DNA from: Alphaproteobacteria bacterium
Lineage (GTDB): Bacteria; Pseudomonadota; Alphaproteobacteria; UBA8366; JADFVY01
Length of the DNA: 60,860 nucleotides
Direction: 5' to 3'
NCBI GenBank assembly: GCA_041563955.1
Contig: JBFGQV010000003.1
Coordinates: 1 to 60,860 of the forward strand
The position numbers and the translations under genes are program-made. The notes below the pieces were generated by a model. That model had not been told where the DNA came from and did no database searches. It saw only the letters and a program-made list of their open reading frames with translations. Of the stretch, positions 56,143-60,860 are shown one piece after another. How positions within the stretch are numbered: the first letter of the stretch is position 1; each line of letters opens with the position of its first letter.

Positions 56143-56706
56143 GTGTCCGAGATGGAACAAGCAGTTGTAGGCATTCTGGTGAAGGAGACGGGGACTGGCA
56201 CGGCAGCGGGCAGTGCGCCGTTCGCGACGGTCTCGGAGGATCGCGGCTCGGCCGTCGAGAGCAATCCCCATGTGATCATCGACGGGCTCCGGGGGGAAAT
56301 GGATCGCGTGAGCCTGACCGCCGAATCCAGCTGCCTCTGCCTCGTCAGCCCGGACGGCGCGGTCGACGATACGACGATGACCGACCTCGGTGACTGGATC
56401 ACCTCCACCCTGCGCTCCATCGACGCCCTGTACCGCATCTCGGGCGACAAGTATCTGCTCGTCTTGCGCCAGGTCGACCGCGACGGCGCGGTCTATTTCA
56501 TCAAGCAGATGCGCGAGCGGATGCTGTCGGAGTTCCCGTCCGTCCTCCGCGACACCGACAAAGGCCAGGTGACGGCATCCTTCGGCGGCACGATCATGGA
56601 TTCGATGGCGCCCCTGCACGAGCATATGGATCGCGCCTCCGAGGCGCACGACTGGGCGCTCAAGGGCAAGGGCGACACCATCTGCATGTGGACCCCGCGC
56701 TTCTGA
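56143..56706 (+). CDS. Stand-alone degenerate GGDEF-domain protein (active site SGDKY; I-site RxxD retained)
   Basis: 187 aa. RSID-ALYRI-SGDKYLLVL aligns with the canonical RxxD-x5-GG(D/E)EF. VTASFGG....DRASEAHDWALKGKGDTI aligns with the GGDEF C-terminal helices. Preferred over the antisense ORF 55918..56745. Confidence 0.65.
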   Translation: MSEMEQAVVGILVKETGTGTAAGSAPFATVSEDRGSAVESNPHVIIDGLRGEMDRVSLTAESSCLCLVSPDGAVDDTTMTDLGDWITSTLRSIDALYRISGDKYLLVLRQVDRDGAVYFIKQMRERMLSEFPSVLRDTDKGQVTASFGGTIMDSMAPLHEHMDRASEAHDWALKGKGDTICMWTPRF

Positions 56707-56829
56707 GCGGGCCCGAACGGCCCGCGGTTCAATGATCTTGCTCACCCCGCAGGGCCGGAAGGCAGCCTAGCGCTCCGGCCCTGTTTTGCAACGCCCACCC
56801 CGGGCGGCGGACGGCTTCACTCCCTGCAA

Positions 56830-57513
56830 CTAGATCCAGCCCAGCGCGTCGGCGAGGATCGCGGCGGCGCCGCTGTCGGCGCAGTCGCCATGGGCGATCA
56901 GCAGGCGTTCGGCCCGCCAGCCCAGCACATGCGTACGGGCGGCGCGGGCGGGGCCGCGGCGCAGGAAGCTGGCCCGCCATTCGCGCGGCGTGCTGCCCCG
57001 CGCGCCGACGAGACCGTCGAGCCGCATCAGAAGCCCGCGCCAGCCGGTCATCTCGGCCTCGGGGTGGCGCTGGACGAGGTCGCCGATGATCGCGGTGCGC
57101 GAGGCGCGGTGAAAGAACGCGACCTCCTCCATGGCGAAGGAGCCGCGGAACACCGCCTGATCGATATCGGCGGCCCAGGCCGGATCGGGGGCATCGCCGA
57201 GGTCCGCATCGAAGCGCAGGTCGGGCCGCTTGCGGGCAAGGCCCGGCGGCGCGTGAAGTCGGGCATCGGGCCACCGCGCGGCCCAGGCGCCGAGAAACAG
57301 GTGGTGGATCTTGTTCGGCGTGACGATGTGGCGGACCGGTCCGACCGCCTCCACCGCGCCGGCCAGGTCCTCGGTCAGCGCCACCGGCGACCAGACCCAG
57401 GCGCTGCCGTCCGACAGCTTCGCCACCGCCATGCGCGTCGGGTAGGGGAAGCCGTAGAACGACACGGCCGGCCCGTCGGCGAGATACAGCGAGGGGGCGA
57501 ATTCCTGCAGCAT
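56830..57513 (-). CDS. DUF4336-family protein (metallo-beta-lactamase-like fold)
   Basis: 227 aa from MLQEFAPSLYLADGP. RMAVAKLSDGSAWVWSPV and HIVTPNKIHHLFLGAWAARWPDARLHAPPGL, the pattern of DUF4336. Confidence 0.6.
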   Translation of the reverse strand: MLQEFAPSLYLADGPAVSFYGFPYPTRMAVAKLSDGSAWVWSPVALTEDLAGAVEAVGPVRHIVTPNKIHHLFLGAWAARWPDARLHAPPGLARKRPDLRFDADLGDAPDPAWAADIDQAVFRGSFAMEEVAFFHRASRTAIIGDLVQRHPEAEMTGWRGLLMRLDGLVGARGSTPREWRASFLRRGPARAARTHVLGWRAERLLIAHGDCADSGAAAILADALGWI

Positions 57514-57641
57514 GGGCGCTCCTGCGGACGGGTCTTGTTGCACAGTGTTCGCTAGCACGTGTCGCAGCCGCCCGCGACGAGGCGAGCGACCCTGTCTGTG
57601 CTGCGGGCGTCACGAACGGCCGACAATCGCGCGGGCGCGGA

Positions 57642-57737
57642 TGGTAGGGGAGGTGGGATTCGAACCCACGACCTGCCGCTTATCTGGCGCTACGGGGTAT
57701 AAACACGCTGCTCTGCCGCTGAGCTACTACTTCTCCC
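57642..57737 (-). tRNA. Non-canonical 96-nt tRNA-like sequence (tRNA pseudogene, hybrid, or unusual long-variable-arm tRNA); isotype not assignable
   Basis: The minus strand reads GGGAGAAGTAGTAGCTCAGCGGCAGAGCAGCGTGTTTATACCCCGTAGCGCCAGATAAGCGGCAGGTCGTGGGTTCGAATCCCACCTCCCCTACCA. The D arm (GCTC/GAGC), T arm (GTGGG-TTCGAAT-CCCAC) and encoded CCA are canonical. The acceptor pairs at only 5/7 (two A.C mismatches), there is no clean anticodon stem, and about 20 nt are extra. Confidence 0.45.
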
Positions 57738-57885
57738 GAACGCACATGCCGGCGGCCCTGCCGCGGCTGCAGGGTCAGGCCGGTATTCGGAAGGCGATGC
57801 GGCAGGTCGGGGTCATGGCGGCGATATAGGCAGGGACGGGGCAGCGGTCAACGCCCTGCCAGGCCGGCCGGCCTTTCGCACCGGG

Positions 57886-58284
57886 CTACGAGACGGCGCG
57901 CGTCAGCCAGTAGCCGGCGAGCGCGGCGGCGCCGGTGAGCAGGCCACCCCAGGCGATGTCGACGACGCTCATGGCCACCGGCCAGTTCCTGAGAGTCGCA
58001 AGGTTGGTCATGTCGTAGGTGCCATAGGCCAGCAGGCCGAGCAGGACCCCGTGCACCGCCGCCTTGCGCCACGATCCCTCGGCCAGCGCCGGGGCGACGG
58101 CGAAGAACACGATGCCGGCGACGTAGGCGAGATAGAAGGCGCCGGCGGCGGCGAAGTTGACGTTGTCGCGCATCAGATGGCCCAGCTGCGACGCATAGAA
58201 ACCGCGGGCGACGAGCCCGAGCCACAGGGCATCGAGGCCGAGAAAGACGATCAGCGTCAGGGCATAGGCTTTGAGGTGGATCAC
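57886..58284 (-). CDS. DUF2177-family membrane protein
   Basis: 132 aa, 4 TM. The N-terminus MIHLKAYALTLIVFLGLDALWLG..FY matches the DUF2177 pattern. Confidence 0.65.
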   Translation of the reverse strand: MIHLKAYALTLIVFLGLDALWLGLVARGFYASQLGHLMRDNVNFAAAGAFYLAYVAGIVFFAVAPALAEGSWRKAAVHGVLLGLLAYGTYDMTNLATLRNWPVAMSVVDIAWGGLLTGAAALAGYWLTRAVS

Positions 58285-58646
58285 TTCGGGCTCCCGGGCG
58301 GGCGTTGTGCACTTTTTTACTTATACGCGGCGCCGGGCGATCCGGATGAGGGCCAGGGCCAGGCGGGTCGGTTCGATACCGGCCGGCATGCCGGCCGCGC
58401 CGCCATACCGGGGCACGCGGACGGCCAGGTGTCCGGATCGTCGACCGGCTGGGGCAGGCGGACTGGCGCCGACGGTGCGGTTCCCGCGGGCCGGCGCCCC
58501 CCGGATGGCGTCCGACGCAACCGACGCCATCAAATCCGATGAAAGCGTCGCAGAATGCGGGCATAATGGCGTGCCGCCGGCGGGCCCGCCGCCTCGGCGG
58601 GCAGCAGGGCAGCGGCGACGACGCAAGAGAGCCCGGAGGACGCCAC

Positions 58647-58988
58647 ATGACGTTGAGAGGACGACTCCCCTTCCGCCTGCTGGCCTGTCTGGCCTTCGCC
58701 GTCGTTTGTCTTGTGCCGGCGCGGTCGCTGGCGGAGATCCAGTGCACCTGCCGGTATGCCGGCCAGTCCTATGCTCTCGGCACCTGCCTGTGCATCAGCC
58801 GGCCGGGTGCCGGTCCGCAATACGCCTGCTGCGGCATGGTGCTCAACAACACATCCTGGACCTTCAGCGAAGGCGGCTGCCCGGTCGCCACGAGCCTGCC
58901 GGTCGAGCCCGCCCGAGCCTCCATCGCCGCCAGGGATGCCTTCTCCATCACCGCTGGGTCCGCCGTGCCGCCACCGCAGCGCCAGTGA
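58647..58988 (+). CDS. Small secreted cysteine-rich hypothetical protein
   Basis: 113 aa from ATG 58647 (RBS GGAGGA at 58635-58640). Signal peptide LLACLAFAVVCLVPARSLA. 8 Cys lie within about 50 residues of the mature part (CTCRY..GTCLC..YACCG..GGCP). Confidence 0.5.
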   Translation: MTLRGRLPFRLLACLAFAVVCLVPARSLAEIQCTCRYAGQSYALGTCLCISRPGAGPQYACCGMVLNNTSWTFSEGGCPVATSLPVEPARASIAARDAFSITAGSAVPPPQRQ

Positions 58989-59087
58989 CGGGCTGGTCCG
59001 CCGCAGCAAAGCGGGGCTTCATCCCTCTGATTCTGTTGGCGGCACAATCATCCGCTCCCTGGGATGCCGTTCAGACAGCGTAGGAAA

Positions 59088-59348
59088 TCAGCGCAGGCTG
59101 GAGAGGTTCGCGATCAGCGCCTCGTTTTGCCGGCGGATGGCGTCGGCGATCTTGTCGGCGATCCGCCGTTCCGCCCCGGTGCATTCGCGGCACGCGGCCA
59201 CCGCCCGTTGCTGTCCCTCCAGCACCCCGCGGATCACCGCTTCCTCGATCACCTTGGCGACCGTGTCACTGCGCTCGGCGGAAAAGGTCCCTTCGAGCTT
59301 CCCCAGCGCGTCGTCGACGATGGTCTTCAGTTGTTCCATGGGCCTCAT
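59088..59348 (-). CDS. Small helical hypothetical protein
   Basis: 86 aa with good codon-position G+C bias. Charged amphipathic helices. I recognise no family. Confidence 0.4.
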   Translation of the reverse strand: MRPMEQLKTIVDDALGKLEGTFSAERSDTVAKVIEEAVIRGVLEGQQRAVAACRECTGAERRIADKIADAIRRQNEALIANLSSLR

Positions 59349-59552
59349 CCCTCTGTACGCCCAACCGACCTGCGGTTTTCGCCCCGACCGATGCGTCCCT
59401 CAAGGACGCACGACGATTGCCAACTGTATCGAATTCCCCACGTCATTGGAAATCTCCCGGATTCAAGGGAGGCGAAGCGCGGTCCTGCGCGCCCCGCTGG
59501 CCACTCGCCGCGGACGGCAACCCATGAGCTACCGTCGCGGGCGGCGCGGATG

Positions 59553-60206
59553 TCAGCAGCGCAGGTCCGGCGCCTCGATCGAAACCCGCCCGTTGGTCTC
59601 AGGGAAGCCGCTGAACGCCGCATCGAGCATGGGTCCGATGACCGGCCGGATGATGCCGCAACGCCCCTGGCTCACGGCCTTCATCGACCAGACTTCTTGC
59701 TGCGCCTGGACATCCGCGATCGCCACCGTGAGCGAGCGCGTGTACAGCGTCGAGGACGCAATGCCGGTGCTGTAACCGGTCACGCCGTAGTCGGGCGTGT
59801 AGGTCGTCGTGCTGGTGATGGTGCGGTTCTGCCCCTCTTTGCTGACCGTCGTGGTGGTGTGCGCGCTGGAATATCCGGTGACGCCGTAATGCGGAATCAC
59901 ATAGGATTCCTGGACCTCGCGGCCCTGATCGACCCCGTAGCCGAAATAGGCGATGTAGCGGGGCGAAGCATCGGGGGCGACCACAGTGAAGCCGGCCCGC
60001 CGCAACCGGTTCTCGAGCTCGGTCTTGAGAGACTTGAACTCGAGGCTGTCGCGGATGCGCTCGTCGAACGGCTCGACCGCAACGCTCTGGGTTGCATAAT
60101 TGCCCGGCAGGGCGCTGTAGCTTTGGACCTGGGAGACGATCGTCGGCGTCGTCTCGCAACCCGCCAATGCGGCAAGGAACGCAAGCAACGACAATACTCT
60201 GGCCAT
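59553..60206 (-). CDS. Hypothetical lipoprotein (DUF4136-like?) with an internal YGVTGYS repeat
   Basis: 217 aa from the internal ATG (MARVLSLLAFLAALAGC lipobox). HYGVTGYSS and DYGVTGYST are repeated. The family assignment is tentative. Confidence 0.5.
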   Translation of the reverse strand: MARVLSLLAFLAALAGCETTPTIVSQVQSYSALPGNYATQSVAVEPFDERIRDSLEFKSLKTELENRLRRAGFTVVAPDASPRYIAYFGYGVDQGREVQESYVIPHYGVTGYSSAHTTTTVSKEGQNRTITSTTTYTPDYGVTGYSTGIASSTLYTRSLTVAIADVQAQQEVWSMKAVSQGRCGIIRPVIGPMLDAAFSGFPETNGRVSIEAPDLRC

Positions 60207-60430
60207 CGGGCGTACTCCGCGTTGAGCCCCCCGGGCGATCGCATCATCCCCACCGGGCACGACCGGCCGGTCATCCGGCCGCAAGACCGTACGACAGGAC
60301 CGCAAGGGCGGCAACGGCGCGCGAGAAAACGTGATCGGGGGTGAGTTGAGACAAGGGTCGAGCCTTGTCCGGTGTCCATGACGTAACCGCTACCGGCCGC
60401 CTCCGCCCGCTCAGCCTGTGGTCCCTCTGC

Positions 60431-60860
60431 TCAGCGGCGGCCGTAGAGCGCCTGCCGGGCGCCGGCCTCCGAGACGACGCTGTCCGGCACGTCCTTGGCC
60501 TCGTCGGTCCAGACCCGCCATTCGACGAGCCGGTGCGGGCCGAAGGTCGTCAACACCGCGCAATCCGCCGCGTCCCGGCCGCGCGCCATGAGGATGCGCC
60601 CGCGCCGGCGGGTGTTGAAGCGGGCGTCGAAGGTGTACCAGGTGCCGCCCAGGAAGACCTCGAACCAGGCCGAGACGTCCATCGGGAACGGCTCCGGCTC
60701 GATGTCGATGTCGCCCAGGTAACCGGTCCCGTAACGGGCCGGGATGTTGAGCGCGCGGCAGAAGGCGATGGCGAGGTGGGCAAAGTCGCGGCATACGCCG
60801 GCGCGCCGCTCGAACACCTCCCAGGCGGACATGTTGGGCCGGGCGTGGGCATAGCCGAAG
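60431..60860 (-). CDS. Transglutaminase-like cysteine protease family protein; the N-terminal part lies outside the window
   Basis: The frame stays open to the window edge (..FGYAHARPNMSAWEVFERRAGVCRDFAHLAIAFCRALNIPARYGTGY). The GVCRDFAH catalytic-Cys motif and the downstream H/D segments of the transglutaminase core are present. Confidence 0.75.
   Translation of the reverse strand, partial: FGYAHARPNMSAWEVFERRAGVCRDFAHLAIAFCRALNIPARYGTGYLGDIDIEPEPFPMDVSAWFEVFLGGTWYTFDARFNTRRRGRILMARGRDAADCAVLTTFGPHRLVEWRVWTDEAKDVPDSVVSEAGARQALYGRR

Noticed and set aside
2181-57737. A 55-kb genomic island bounded by the tRNA-Arg half (2181-2230) and the tRNA-like sequence (57642-57737)
   Set aside because: The two sequences are on opposite strands and share no extended identity (different T arms and acceptor strands), so they are not a direct-repeat att pair. 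The interval is mostly core metabolism with native G+C.
57642-57737. The tRNA-like element as tRNA-Sec, tRNA-Pyl or a tmRNA piece
   Set aside because: There is no UCA or CUA anticodon loop. No 8/5 acceptor/T-stem geometry with good pairing is present. I could identify no tmRNA-type tag-encoding reading frame or resume codon in or adjacent to it, and the arrangement is not the permuted two-piece alphaproteobacterial ssrA layout.
1-60860. CRISPR arrays, rRNA genes, intact IS elements/transposases, toxin-antitoxin or known defence systems
   Set aside because: I saw no regularly spaced direct repeats, no transposase or Cas-like ORFs, and no rRNA-like segments on either strand. The only mobility trace is the integrase stub at 2027-2125.

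Overview
High-G+C chromosomal segment (sampled lines about 65-77% G+C), with gene content typical of Alphaproteobacteria; that assignment is inferred from gene content and operon styles only. I support about 58 protein-coding genes, and most of them are housekeeping or metabolic. In order along the window: a partial GH94/NdvB-like glucan synthase C-terminus; an integrase stub next to a 3' half of tRNA-Arg(UCU); sdaA with an XRE-cupin regulator and gcvT-gcvP (no gcvH); a lipocalin-like gene; a membrane protein with a PQQ-type sugar dehydrogenase/cytochrome c fusion; DUF3095; modABC; hisI; metC; an FAD oxidoreductase; a low-G+C TPR-sulfotransferase; a cysK-alaX-sseA-GNAT string; DUF2892; a Crp/Fnr regulator. 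Next comes a tightly coupled 4-gene operon encoding a fused 2-oxoacid:ferredoxin oxidoreductase plus an NfnAB-like pair, then an enolase-superfamily gene and a lower-G+C patch (lipoprotein, MttB remnant, USP, Dpp/Opp-type ABC importer). This is followed by a thiosulfate-oxidation sox locus (soxW-like x2, unknown gene, soxV, soxBAZYX, divergent soxS-like/GlcG-like/soxR-like). The remainder holds a CHAP lipoprotein, an orphan PotD-like binding protein, folB-paaI-paaK, a CASTOR/POLLUX-like channel, a degenerate GGDEF protein behind a sigma-54-type promoter, DUF4336, a non-canonical 96-nt tRNA-like sequence, DUF2177, several small secreted or hypothetical proteins, and a partial transglutaminase-like gene. 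I saw no rRNA, CRISPR array, intact IS/transposase or recognisable defence system. The most interesting items are: the OFOR+Nfn-like operon with an FNR/FixK box; a roughly 55-nt repeat found in the same orientation upstream of two regulator genes; the sigma-54 promoter driving a degenerate GGDEF protein with an intact I-site; the sox locus architecture with its unknown secreted protein; and the aberrant tRNA-like element. All product calls come from reading motifs by eye, and no database search was run. Many long ORFs in the six-frame track are antisense or off-frame artefacts of the high G+C content.
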